Shown here: in pieces, positions 1-9,699 of the stretch
Numbering within the stretch: position 1 is the first letter of the stretch
How the letters are laid out: each line of letters begins with the position of its first letter
Notes under the pieces: model-generated
The model's database searches: none
What the model was told of the DNA's origin: nothing
The model's input: only the letters and a program-made list of their open reading frames with translations
Program-made: the position numbers and the translations under genes
NCBI GenBank assembly: GCA_964230645.1
Contig: CAXRHT010000001.1
Coordinates: forward strand, 32,001 to 96,000
Direction of reading: 5' to 3'
Length of the DNA: 64,000 nt
Origin: Bdellovibrionales bacterium
Lineage (GTDB): Bacteria; Bdellovibrionota; Bdellovibrionia; Bdellovibrionales; JAGQZY01

Positions 1-285
1 CCAAGCTACATCCCTTATCCCGATCGAAAGTGGATGACGCTGGCTTCTTACAATGTGGGATTTGCCCATGTCAGAGATGCCCGAGGTGTGGCGGCCTGGC
101 AGGGAGAAAACCCCAACACTTGGACAGGACTCCGCGAAGTGCTCCCACTACTTTCTTCTAAAAAGATTTATAAAAGACTACCTCATGGTTATGCCAGAGG
201 ACTTGAACCTGTGCTCTATGTGAGTCGCATAAGAAATTACCATGGAGTGATAAAACGGGAGCTTCTACGTAAGGGGCGCCTGTAA
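1..285 (+). CDS. mltF: Membrane-bound lytic murein transglycosylase F, C-terminal part (runs off the window 5' end)
   Basis: Frame 1 is open from base 1 (PSYIPYPDRKWMTLASYNVG). LASYNVGFAHVRDAR...NPNTW...LPLLS...GYARGLEPVLYVSRIRNY matches the MltF SLT-domain C-terminus. Confidence 0.85.
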   Translation, partial: PSYIPYPDRKWMTLASYNVGFAHVRDARGVAAWQGENPNTWTGLREVLPLLSSKKIYKRLPHGYARGLEPVLYVSRIRNYHGVIKRELLRKGRL

Positions 286-354
286 AATATTTGAGAGATC
301 TGGATTGACTCTCTCTTTTTGGTTAAGCTAAGAGGATTGCAATCGAGCTTCCAA

Positions 355-460
355 AGGTCCTTCGGCTTCGCCTCAGGACGACAATGGAATGATCGGCTCT
401 GGACGACAATGGAATGATCGGCTCTGGACGACATTTTTTTCTTAGCCTCAGGTCGACAAT
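355..460. repeat. REP-like half element followed by a 25-bp tandem repeat
   Basis: AGGTCCTTCGGCTTCGCCTCAGGACGACA, then GGACGACAATGGAATGATCGGCTCT twice (376-400, 401-425) plus partial copies. Same family as the elements at 10664, 20374, 25826 and 55901. Confidence 0.8.
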
Positions 461-469
461 GGGGAGTTT

Positions 470-1702
470 TTAGAAGATTTGGGAGAATTGGATGGAGCCG
501 CCTTCCCAGGTTTCACCCGTACCAAACTTATCGCCATCAAAAGTGAGCAGGAGATGAAAGCGCGTCCTTTCGTCACTGTAGAAAGCATAGCGACCGTTTA
601 TGCGGTGATTGACTTTGTTATCCGTATCGAGCTGACTTCTCAGAAAATCAGAACCCTCTCCAATATGCCAAGTGAACTCATAGCCAAGATCAATATTGTG
701 AACACTTTTACCATTCCTGTTGCTGTAGATATTGAACCAGGCGTGCGGGAGAAGGTCGCGGTGGATGACTTGTCCTTGACTTGATTGCCAATGGGAGTAA
801 TTCAAACGTAGGCCATAGAGTTTTAATGGTGAATTCGGATTTCGTATTTGGAAAAGTCCATTGTAATGCTCGGCTTCCCACTGGATAATACCTTGGTCTC
901 TATTCTCGGTATCTCTCTCTAGGCTTTTTCTGGCGTTAATCTCCATTTGGAAATATTGAGGCACCTTGCCAAAGGATTCTATCCACTTAACCCCGGCCTG
1001 AGTCTGAAAAAAAGCGTAGCGTCTCGAACTTTCCGGAAAAACATGAATGGTCTCAAGATCTCTTTTCACAAAGATTTCTATAAACTCCTTAGAGTCTTTC
1101 GAAGGAGAATGACGCCATACCGCACCCACTGTCCCAGGTTTTTTTTGGTAGTAATCCGGGTTTTCGTTACGTTTATTTAAGGAAAAGTCCACCCAAGTGT
1201 AAAAGGCTCTTACGTAGGAGTACTCACCTAACCAAGTAATCAAAGCCAATCCGATGTCATCTTCTTTTTTAAAAGTAGAGGGCTGTCCGTATAGGGCCAC
1301 TTCAAATAGAGAATTGAGTTTGTAAGAGAATTCGAAAACAATCGACTGTCGCCATTGGGTGTAGTCTCCCACTTCCGAGTAAAAAAAGGAGAACCTTAGG
1401 CGATCGGTTATATTTTCAGAAAAGCGAATTCTTCCTTGGGTGAGAAAACGTGTCGGCCCAAGACTTCCCGCTGTGTATTGAAAAACTTGATCTTGCTTCC
1501 ACCAAAAAGAGTTCCATTGATTCAAGAACTCATAGGTTAATCGATCCGACTGGTACTCTCCGTCCACAAATCGCGGACTATTGATTTCGGCTTCCTCCTC
1601 ACTCCCCCAATGAGAATACTCAACAAAAGGGGCCTCGGCTTTTAAGCTCAGAGGAAAAAAAATAATCAGTAGGAGTGTCTTTAATTTAGCTCTCGCTGAC
1701 AT
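470..1702 (-). CDS. Exported protein, probable outer-membrane beta-barrel
   Basis: 410-aa ORF with a signal peptide (LLLIIFFPLSLKA), many alternating aromatic beta-strands and a C-terminal Phe (IQFSQIF). Confidence 0.6.
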   Translation of the reverse strand: MSARAKLKTLLLIIFFPLSLKAEAPFVEYSHWGSEEEAEINSPRFVDGEYQSDRLTYEFLNQWNSFWWKQDQVFQYTAGSLGPTRFLTQGRIRFSENITDRLRFSFFYSEVGDYTQWRQSIVFEFSYKLNSLFEVALYGQPSTFKKEDDIGLALITWLGEYSYVRAFYTWVDFSLNKRNENPDYYQKKPGTVGAVWRHSPSKDSKEFIEIFVKRDLETIHVFPESSRRYAFFQTQAGVKWIESFGKVPQYFQMEINARKSLERDTENRDQGIIQWEAEHYNGLFQIRNPNSPLKLYGLRLNYSHWQSSQGQVIHRDLLPHAWFNIYSNRNGKSVHNIDLGYEFTWHIGEGSDFLRSQLDTDNKVNHRINGRYAFYSDERTRFHLLLTFDGDKFGTGETWEGGSIQFSQIF

Positions 1703-2513
1703 AGTCTTCGTAGTTATGTTCTTTTAAGCATTCATCGACATTGTTCTGAAGGCGCCTTGTCGCCCCTCCATTGTTCTCACGCAAACAGAACTCTTTGATC
1801 ACCTCACCGGTTCGCTTGCGATGGAATTTAGAGGTCTCACCAATGGGCACTCGAAATTCACTGACTTTTTTATTTCGAATCACTTTCATTGGAGCTGTTG
1901 GTCCTTTACTTTTATCCATAGCTACATAAAAATCGAGACTGTCCTTGGTTCTCATCCCGTTCACGGAGACAATCACGTCATCTAACTTTAGGGGACCCTT
2001 ATCCGGATTGTTTATCTCTACCACCTGAAGAGCGGAGCCAAAATCAGTCACATAATCTTTGATGAGATTGGCTGCCAACTTTTTAAAATGAACCCCTTGC
2101 ATGTCTTGAAACACCTCGCGTTCACAGCGAAAAAAGGTGATATGGGAGGGATAAATATTTGTGCTTTCATAATTATAGAGGCCACCATTTGAGGTCATAC
2201 CCAAATTGCTCTTACGAAGGGCTCTGGTGTGATTTTGGGTTTGGTTGGCGATAAGAGCAAATTTGTTTTGGCTTTCACAGTACTTTAGAGCGGCCATGCG
2301 TGAATACACATTCGAGTCTTTGACCTTGGTGTACTGGTTGCCATGGTACCAAGCTCCGTGGGTGAAGTATCGCCCCTTCTCAAACTCCTTAATTTTATAG
2401 CCAAAACCTTTATCATCGGATGGCTTAAAACCTGTGGCACAAGAAGATAAAATCAATATTGAGAGGGCGTAACTTATAAGAAGAGAAAATTTGATCATTA
2501 GTTTCTTTCCCAT
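1686..2513 (-). CDS. Lipoprotein with a PDZ domain
   Basis: Lipobox ILSSC. PDZ-like segment ALQVVEIN...GPLKLDDVIVSVNG...MKVIRN. Confidence 0.7.
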   Translation of the reverse strand: MGKKLMIKFSLLISYALSILILSSCATGFKPSDDKGFGYKIKEFEKGRYFTHGAWYHGNQYTKVKDSNVYSRMAALKYCESQNKFALIANQTQNHTRALRKSNLGMTSNGGLYNYESTNIYPSHITFFRCEREVFQDMQGVHFKKLAANLIKDYVTDFGSALQVVEINNPDKGPLKLDDVIVSVNGMRTKDSLDFYVAMDKSKGPTAPMKVIRNKKVSEFRVPIGETSKFHRKRTGEVIKEFCLRENNGGATRRLQNNVDECLKEHNYEDYVSES

Positions 2514-2905
2514 CGACAGCTTAAAAAGCTTTTGATTGTCTCAGGACCATATTCCGACAAATTTTCAAACACGATTTTCAGAAATCCCGACTGTCCTGAT
2601 AAAAGCTTGGCACTTAATTCCACTCGGTACAAATGGCGGGTTTGTCCAAAAAGACCCTTACCAATATTTGTGCAAGAGGCTGAATCGTAAGTTTTTAATC
2701 CCAGCCATCCCTCATAATTTTCTGTGGGTCTCTCAAGTGGAGCTCTTAGAGTTTCACAACTTCCAGTGGAAGAACTCAGAACCCATTGACCCTCACTATG
2801 TGCCACAAAAAGAGGCTCTTTTAAGATCCTGTCGTTGACACAAATCATTTGGGCTACCGCTAGGTTAGAAAACAATAGAATTAGTAAAAACTGAATGGAG
2901 CGCAT
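2498..2905 (-). CDS. Hypothetical exported protein
   Basis: 135 aa, signal peptide ending LAVA, four Cys, RBS AAGGAGG upstream; overlaps the next gene. Confidence 0.65.
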   Translation of the reverse strand: MRSIQFLLILLFSNLAVAQMICVNDRILKEPLFVAHSEGQWVLSSSTGSCETLRAPLERPTENYEGWLGLKTYDSASCTNIGKGLFGQTRHLYRVELSAKLLSGQSGFLKIVFENLSEYGPETIKSFLSCRWERN

Positions 2906-3053
2906 CTCCCCTCCTTGATCCCTTTAAAATGAAAAGAACTTGATACCTGAAAACAAGGGTTGGATCAATTAATCTACTCTCTCAGCGCAGTAGATATGGT
3001 ATTTTTAGCAGGATTGTGCGTAAATTAAGGTTCTCCTTAACGGAAGCAAAACT

Positions 3054-6000
3054 ATGAGCAGACTCTTACATTATTTTGCCTCAAGGCCTTTTATTGGTAA
3101 TGTTCTGATGTTTGGTCTGATTATTCTTTCTGTGGTGATGTGGGACTATATTGGCAAAGAGGAAAGGCCCGAGTTTTCCGTTCATTGGCTGAGAGTGAGC
3201 ATTCCCTATCCTGGTGCCTCGGCTGAAGATGTGGAGCTTTTTGTATTAAAACCGATTGAAGAACAGCTCAAAGGGATATCGGGGTTACGGGATATCAACA
3301 ACTCAGCCACCTTCGGTCAGGCGAGCCTTAGTATCACCACCGACCCCTACATTGATAACTTCAGAGAAAAAGTACAGGAAATAAAAGATGCGGTTGAAAG
3401 AGCGGATCTGCCCACAGAAACGGAAGATCCCGTCTTTGATCGTTACAATAGTTCTGAAAAAGCGATCATGGATATAGCTCTATATCTAGAGGGAGCGGAA
3501 TTACTGACCGTTGAGGAGCGCTATAAACTACAGGAATATGCTCTCACCTTTAAAAACCAATTACTCTCACTACCAGAGGTGAGTGGTGTGGAAACAAAGG
3601 GCTATTTGAAACCTGAGCTTCAGATTAAAGTCGACCCGGAGAAGTTAATTCTCTACGAGTTGCCACTGGCGGAAGTCGCCAGCCAAATCCAAAGCCAACA
3701 TATTAGAACCCCTTTAGGGGCCATGGAAAACCGAGAGGAATCGGAAGTGGCCTTGAAATCTTTTTTGGACGACATCAAACCCCTTGAAAGAACTGTTCTT
3801 CGCAATAGCTTCCAGGGAGCAAAACTTACGGTCAAAGACCTTGCGGAGGTGGGACGTGGTTTTGAAAGAAGTATCGCTATTTCCAAGATCCAGGGACATG
3901 AAGCCGTTGTTTTTAACATTCAAAAAAGTCAAAGCTCTGGAATTTTAAAAGCGCGAGAAGCCACTTTTAAACTCACTAATAAGTTTCTTAAAAGCCATGA
4001 AGGTTCCGCTCTCAGAATTCAAATTCTTGACGATGAGTCCTATGACATCCGCAACCGTTTAGCGATTATTGCCACCAACGGAATCGCCGGTTTTGTTACT
4101 ATTCTGCTTATTTTATTTTTCTTTTTAGATTTAAAGTCTGGCTTTTGGGTGGCTATGGGGCTCCCCTTTTCATTAGCCTTCACATTGATCGGCTGTCTGG
4201 TGCTTGGATACACTGTGAACAATGTAACATTGGCTGCTGTGATCATTGTTTTAGGAATCGTGGTCGATGATGCCATTATTGTGGCCGATAACATTGATAA
4301 ACAAAAACGCCTGGGGCTTGGTTCTGTTAAAGCGGCAAGCTCTGGCGCCCGCAGAGTGATTCAACCAGTGTTGGCCGGGGTCCTAACCACCTGTGTGGCC
4401 TTTGTTCCTCTACTCTTTTTTGAAGGGCGTTTTGGGATGATGGTTACCAACATTCCTCTTATTGTAACACTCATGCTCCTTGCCAGTTTACTGGAGTCCT
4501 TTTTTATTTTACCAGGTCACCTGAATAAGCTTGAAACACGCAGTGAGCGTAAAAGTCTTCCTTGGACGCAATTTAGACAAAGTTTCATGTTGCGAATGGA
4601 GAACTTTTACGAAAAAAGCCTTAGAGGCGCATTGAAATTGCGCTGGCTCACTCTGGCTTCCTTTGTCATAGTGTTACTCGCTTCGGGTTGGGTTTTAACT
4701 GAAAAACTGAAGTTTGTGATGTTTCCAAGAGACAACCCCAAAGAGTTTGCTGTTAAAGTTATTGCTCCTGAGGGAACCACTCGTTTGGAAACAGCAAAAC
4801 TTGTCAAAAAAGTAGAAAAGTTATTTGTGGATGATCACTTTGATGCGGTGGTGGGTTTTCGAACGGTGATCGCCGAGAGCCGTCGAGGTGGTCAGGTGCG
4901 CGAGAATGAAGCCAATCTGCGAGTGGAACTCGTCCCCCCTTCGGATCAGCCAGCGCCATTTAATGATATGCTCGACTACTGGGAGGAAAAAGCCTCTGAG
5001 TTTCCTGAATTTGAAGAGGTTCGATTTATTGAAAGTTGGTGGAGTTCGGATAGTGGCTCACCCATCGCCATTGAGGTACGCGAGAACAATGACGACAAAC
5101 GAAAAATGATTTCTGAAAAATTAAAAACGGAAATGGAAAAGCTCTCAAGCCTTCAAAACGTGGAAATCGAGCGCCCCATCATTAAAGATGAATACACCCT
5201 TGATCTCGATAGCTCTGAAGCCATGAGGCTTAATATCGACCCTTCCCAATTGGCTCGAACCATGCGGTCTTATATACAAGGGCAAATTCTTTATCGTCTT
5301 TATACCGATGAGGAAGTGGACGTCCGATTGACTAGTCAGAACGGAGCCAAAGATCAGATCTCCCATATTTTAAATCTAAGAGCTTCCAACAATCAAGGCT
5401 ACCTCGTTCCCATCAAACAATTAGTAGAGGTCAAAAAACAGCCTAAGGCGGCTAACATTCAAAGAATCAATTATAAAAGAGCTAATAATGTTTACGCGGA
5501 CTTGGCCTACAACCCCACCAAAACCCCTCTTGATATCGCCACATATCTTGAAGATCAGGTTTTTCCAAAACTATCGAAAATAAGTCCTTCCACTATTTTT
5601 GCCTTTCGAGGTGAAATCGAGGACTCCAGAGAGTCTCAATCTGATTTTATGGTGGCAGGCATTTTAGTCCTGGCATTCATTTACATTATCCTTATGTTTA
5701 TGTTTAGCTCTCTGATAATGCCCATCATGATTTGTGCAGCGATTCCTTTTGGTATCGCCGGAGTTATATTCGCGTTCTGGGCCCATGGCCTGGCCACTTT
5801 CGGTTTTTTCGCCCTCATTGGTGCCATCGGAATGTTAGGAGTGGTGATCAATGATTCCATTATTATGGTTGACCTTTTTGAGGAGAGGGACCATTCGGAC
5901 ACAAAACAGACCGATAACCTTACCGAACGTATCGCCGCTTTGGCAAAAACAAGACTTCGCCCCGTGATTCTCACAACGCTCACCACTGTGGCTGGTGTTT

Positions 6001-6167
6001 TCCCCACAGCTTATGGTATCGGCGGCTATGATGCCATGCTTGCTGATATGATGCTCTCCATGGGATGGGGTCTTATTTTTGGAACCTCAATCACTTTGTT
6101 TTTTATGCCCATCATGTACTCTTTTATATACTCGGCCAGACAAATGGTAACAAAAGAGGTCCCATGA
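3054..6167 (+). CDS. RND efflux transporter permease (AcrB/AcrD/AcrF family)
   Basis: 1037 aa. Motifs YPGASAEDVE, GIVVDDAIIV (TM4 Asp pair) and RLRPVILTTLTT; two large periplasmic loops. Confidence 0.95.
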   Translation: MSRLLHYFASRPFIGNVLMFGLIILSVVMWDYIGKEERPEFSVHWLRVSIPYPGASAEDVELFVLKPIEEQLKGISGLRDINNSATFGQASLSITTDPYIDNFREKVQEIKDAVERADLPTETEDPVFDRYNSSEKAIMDIALYLEGAELLTVEERYKLQEYALTFKNQLLSLPEVSGVETKGYLKPELQIKVDPEKLILYELPLAEVASQIQSQHIRTPLGAMENREESEVALKSFLDDIKPLERTVLRNSFQGAKLTVKDLAEVGRGFERSIAISKIQGHEAVVFNIQKSQSSGILKAREATFKLTNKFLKSHEGSALRIQILDDESYDIRNRLAIIATNGIAGFVTILLILFFFLDLKSGFWVAMGLPFSLAFTLIGCLVLGYTVNNVTLAAVIIVLGIVVDDAIIVADNIDKQKRLGLGSVKAASSGARRVIQPVLAGVLTTCVAFVPLLFFEGRFGMMVTNIPLIVTLMLLASLLESFFILPGHLNKLETRSERKSLPWTQFRQSFMLRMENFYEKSLRGALKLRWLTLASFVIVLLASGWVLTEKLKFVMFPRDNPKEFAVKVIAPEGTTRLETAKLVKKVEKLFVDDHFDAVVGFRTVIAESRRGGQVRENEANLRVELVPPSDQPAPFNDMLDYWEEKASEFPEFEEVRFIESWWSSDSGSPIAIEVRENNDDKRKMISEKLKTEMEKLSSLQNVEIERPIIKDEYTLDLDSSEAMRLNIDPSQLARTMRSYIQGQILYRLYTDEEVDVRLTSQNGAKDQISHILNLRASNNQGYLVPIKQLVEVKKQPKAANIQRINYKRANNVYADLAYNPTKTPLDIATYLEDQVFPKLSKISPSTIFAFRGEIEDSRESQSDFMVAGILVLAFIYIILMFMFSSLIMPIMICAAIPFGIAGVIFAFWAHGLATFGFFALIGAIGMLGVVINDSIIMVDLFEERDHSDTKQTDNLTERIAALAKTRLRPVILTTLTTVAGVFPTAYGIGGYDAMLADMMLSMGWGLIFGTSITLFFMPIMYSFIYSARQMVTKEVP

Positions 6168-7540
6168 AATTATTGAAATGCTGTCTCCTTTTCTTTACTT
6201 TCCTTCCTCAGTCTTCATGGGCAAACACCATGACTCTAGATTCCTATCTAGAAAGTCTTAAGAGAGAAGATCTCGAACTGAAAAGATTTGTGCATCAACG
6301 AGTGCAGACTCGTTTCAATAAGGATCTAAGCCTCCCTAATGCCGGCTGGCTCACTCAAATCACTCACACCTACGGTATTGCATCCGGTGTGGCGAAAAGT
6401 CGTACCAGTGAAACCACAGCCAGTGTCACAAAAAATTTCCGAGACACGGGAACAAATTTAAACCTTTCTTATAACGAAAACGATCTGGCCGACCGGGCCG
6501 AGGAAGTGCGTTCCGCGCAAGTGGCCCAAAGCTTGATTCGCAATCCTCTAGGACTTCGAACCGGGCAAATTGAGGACCGAATAAAAGAAGAAAACCGAGT
6601 CGTTTTCCTACAAGTTCTTGAGAGTTACGAAGACTATGTGGCTGAAAAAATCATTCAGTATCTCGATCTCATTCTCGCCTACGAAAACTTAAAAACCGCA
6701 CAGAGCCTTTACTCTGATATCCAAAAACTCTGGAAAGAAGTGAACAAAAGGAAAGACAACAACATTGCGCTGGGTGTGGATGTTGATCGGGCCACTGCTC
6801 AAAAACTGCAGTTTGAGCGGGCCGTATTGGAAGCTAAAATTAGTCTGCAGTCTTTACAAAAATCGCTGGTAGCAGCCTTTGATCGTTCAAAACCGATAAA
6901 CTTCACCCCGCAAAAAGAGATTCCGTTTATCAAAAAAGACATGGACCTCAGTCAGAAACCCTTGGAAGCCCAGCGTACTATGGAGATTCTTGCGGCTAGA
7001 GAAACAGCCGCCAGCTTCGAAATTTCTCAACGCAAAAGAGACCTGTACCCAGAAGGGGAATTTATTCTTGGTTATAGGCATGATGAATCGCAAAGGTTCT
7101 CTACCATCGTTAACCGTGAAGAGACTGTATTTGGTCTTAATTTCGAGTACTCCTTTGATAACACTCTCAACGAGGCCCAGGTCGACCAGGCCCAGTACAA
7201 CAAAACCCAAGTGGAAATCGAAAGGATTCGTACCAAAAAAGAACTCGACGCCCTTCTTTCTGATTTAAAACAACGTATTCAAATACAAAACCAAAGGGTG
7301 AAACTTTTGAGCCGTCAACAAGTGGTTTTAAAGCGTCTTATTGGCGGCGAGCAGGGACGCTTTACAAGAGGACGGGTGGATCTTGAAACTCTGATCAATA
7401 CTCAAAACACCTATGCTCAAGTGCGCTTTGATCTGGTGGCCCAGAAAATTGAACTCGCCAAAAACATCGTGCGCTGGAAACAGAATACGGATCAATTAAT
7501 CTCTGAGGAAAGTCTTCAGCAAACTTCCAGTAATAATTAG
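6164..7540 (+). CDS. TolC-family outer-membrane efflux protein
   Basis: ATG at 6164 overlaps the RND stop (ATGA) and opens a signal peptide MKLLKCCLL...SSWA. Helical OEP-like repeats, including RFTRGRVDLETLINTQ. Confidence 0.8.
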   Translation: MKLLKCCLLFFTFLPQSSWANTMTLDSYLESLKREDLELKRFVHQRVQTRFNKDLSLPNAGWLTQITHTYGIASGVAKSRTSETTASVTKNFRDTGTNLNLSYNENDLADRAEEVRSAQVAQSLIRNPLGLRTGQIEDRIKEENRVVFLQVLESYEDYVAEKIIQYLDLILAYENLKTAQSLYSDIQKLWKEVNKRKDNNIALGVDVDRATAQKLQFERAVLEAKISLQSLQKSLVAAFDRSKPINFTPQKEIPFIKKDMDLSQKPLEAQRTMEILAARETAASFEISQRKRDLYPEGEFILGYRHDESQRFSTIVNREETVFGLNFEYSFDNTLNEAQVDQAQYNKTQVEIERIRTKKELDALLSDLKQRIQIQNQRVKLLSRQQVVLKRLIGGEQGRFTRGRVDLETLINTQNTYAQVRFDLVAQKIELAKNIVRWKQNTDQLISEESLQQTSSNN

Positions 7541-7739
7541 ATCCCTTAATAAGCTTTTTTTATTTTAGATTATGACCTCTCTTTCTCCTCCTTTTTAAAC
7601 CATAAAAAACATTCAATTAAAAATTACAAAGGTTGACTGCCTCCACAGTCTTATCCATTGTAGGGCCCTTGAGCTTAAACTTATATGAGACTCTTACCCT
7701 TTTTCCTGTTGATGGTTGGATAAGCTTGGAGTGATTTTT

Positions 7740-8378
7740 ATGACAGATACCTATTCTTTCTCAGTGGCAGTATTCATGTCTTTTTTTGCTGTTATGAACC
7801 CTCTAGCCAACACCACAATGTTTTTAACCTTAACAGCTGATAAAAATAGCTTATCTCGGCGAAAAATTGCCCTCAACTCCGTTGTTGTGGCTTTTGTCAT
7901 TACCAGCCTTTTTTGTATTGCTGGGAACAGTATTTTTATGGTTTTTGGAATCACCTTACCGGCCTTCAAGATGACCGGTGGAATTCTAATTACGTTGATT
8001 GGTTTTGAGTCCCTAAGAGGGCAGCAATCAAAGATCCAGACCCCAAGCCTTAGAGCTCATGAAGAGAGTGCACAAAGTGACCTCAATGTGGCGGTAAGCC
8101 CTTTAGGGATCCCACTGCTGGCTGGCCCAGGAACGATTACTACGGCAGTGAACTATGTGAGTGATGGTAATATGTTGAACATCTTTATTACCATCACCTG
8201 TTTTTTCATTCTTTGCTTGATCACCTATGTGTGCTTTCTATTTAGTAAAGAGATCACTCGCTATCTGGGGCAAACCGGGGTAAATGTCACTATTCGACTT
8301 ATGGGGCTGATCCTCGCAGTGGTTGGTGTGGAAATGATTGTTACCGGCCTTAAAGGGGCTTTCCCATTCATGAACTAA
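7740..8378 (+). CDS. marC: MarC family membrane protein
   Basis: FFAVMNPLAN, AFKMTGGILI, VAVSPLGIPLLAGPGTIT and RLMGLILA. ATG 7740 preferred over TTG 7716. Confidence 0.92.
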   Translation: MTDTYSFSVAVFMSFFAVMNPLANTTMFLTLTADKNSLSRRKIALNSVVVAFVITSLFCIAGNSIFMVFGITLPAFKMTGGILITLIGFESLRGQQSKIQTPSLRAHEESAQSDLNVAVSPLGIPLLAGPGTITTAVNYVSDGNMLNIFITITCFFILCLITYVCFLFSKEITRYLGQTGVNVTIRLMGLILAVVGVEMIVTGLKGAFPFMN

Positions 8379-8562
8379 AGGGTTACACCAGCTCCATTAA
8401 CTAAAAACTTTAGTAAAATAGAACACTTGCTTTCTTTTTATTAAGACACACCTTGGTCTAGGTCTTTAGGCTCAGTCCCCTAAAATTGCCACTCGTCATT
8501 GAATTCTATCGTCAAGGTAAAAGCTTGGTGCTATCCTCTGAGGAACGTTTTTGGGGGGCCTT

Positions 8563-8874
8563 ATGGGTGCACAAAACAATATGAATCTACTCAATCAGAG
8601 CGGATCGAGTATTCTTCCAGAAGTCTTAAAGGGAAGAAACGAGGACCTGGTCACCATTACCCAATTTGTTGAAAAATCTCAGTACGATGAAATCCCAAAG
8701 ATTGTTCGCAGCTGGCATGATCTATCTTTACCGGGCGACTTCTCGGAACTTTACACTCTGGGAGAAACCCTGGCTGATTTTGCTATGATCAGAAATCCGC
8801 AAAAATGTTACGCCATTTTAGAAAAAATCAGTGCCTTTTTGCTTGAGAAACAAAGCTCCTATCACTTCGAATAA
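8563..8874 (+). CDS. Stand-alone Hpt-like protein lacking the canonical phospho-His (pseudo-Hpt)
   Basis: Gap-free manual alignment to the Hpt domain of the kinase at 10799-13285 gives 18/72 identities. GHRVKG is replaced by VRSWHD. Confidence 0.6.
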   Translation: MGAQNNMNLLNQSGSSILPEVLKGRNEDLVTITQFVEKSQYDEIPKIVRSWHDLSLPGDFSELYTLGETLADFAMIRNPQKCYAILEKISAFLLEKQSSYHFE

Positions 8875-8965
8875 AAATGAAGAAGACTTGTCACCCTTTG
8901 TTTTGAAACAAGCTGAGGGGCATCGTTTTGCTCAAATACAAAAGGGTAACAAGTCTTCTCGAAAG

Positions 8966-9319
8966 TCATAAAGCGGTTTTAAGAATAGGTTCTCTAAACA
9001 ACTCCTTTCGCTTTGGGTTTATCTGTTTTAACTTCTTCTCCTCAAGTACGCGCTCAAGGGTTGATCTTTTTAAAAACTCTAATCCCATGGGAACATTCTG
9101 TGTTTCGATGGTCGAAAGCAACTCTCCATCGGCTGATGTCACTTTCAAATCCACATTATAGGCCCGAGGGTTATATTCGTCTTTGCGAACAGCAAAATGA
9201 ATTTTTTCAAGCTCTGGGGCCGTCTGCTCAATCTCATGAGCGTACTGCTTCATCAATGCCCCGACTTTACCGACGGGAAACAGAAAATTGATTCCACTAT
9301 AGGTGTATTCTTTTTTCAT
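8966..9319 (-). CDS. Hypothetical protein, HPF/RaiA-like fold suspected
   Basis: Start MKKEYTYSG at 9319. Beta-alpha-beta-beta-beta-alpha pattern (KIHFAVRK..AYNVDLKVT..GELLSTIET..VPMGLEFLKRSTLERVLEEKK). Confidence 0.5.
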   Translation of the reverse strand: MKKEYTYSGINFLFPVGKVGALMKQYAHEIEQTAPELEKIHFAVRKDEYNPRAYNVDLKVTSADGELLSTIETQNVPMGLEFLKRSTLERVLEEKKLKQINPKRKELFREPILKTAL

Positions 9320-9332
9320 AAGACCCCACTTT

Positions 9333-9683
9333 CTACATTGCGTAGTCAAGACGTGAGAGTTCAAACTCAATATCGTCAACCTGATTACGCGGAAGTGTGT
9401 CAGTGTCCATAAAGTCGTCAACACATTTAAACGTTAAAGTGGAAAGAGTTATGGTTCGGCCTTGTTTGTCTTTTAACCAACCGGAAACTTGCACTTTGGT
9501 GTCCACTAAATTCCACATTTTAAAAGTCTTATCGTTACCGAGCAGATGGTATTCATTGCCATCTTCACCGATCAAAAGAAAATCGATATTTTCCTCGCGG
9601 TGAGATTGTGGTGCCGGCACCAATATCCCGCAGGCTTTTTTGAGCTTGTATCTAAAAGCATGTCCTATTAATTGTTTCATCAT
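9333..9683 (-). CDS. Hypothetical small beta protein (possible OB fold) with acidic tail
   Basis: RBS GGGAGGA before ATG 9683. FLLIGEDGNEYHLL...VDTKVQVSGWL pattern. Confidence 0.6.
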   Translation of the reverse strand: MMKQLIGHAFRYKLKKACGILVPAPQSHREENIDFLLIGEDGNEYHLLGNDKTFKMWNLVDTKVQVSGWLKDKQGRTITLSTLTFKCVDDFMDTDTLPRNQVDDIEFELSRLDYAM

Positions 9684-9699
9684 TCCTCCCTTGAATGTT

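Noticed and set aside
6065..6163. ORF-track N-terminal extension of TolC
   Set aside because: It lies inside the RND gene. ATG 6164 gives an ATGA coupling and a signal peptide.
8505..8540. Sigma54 promoter for the pseudo-Hpt gene
   Set aside because: The GG and GC dinucleotides are not at the required 10-nt spacing.
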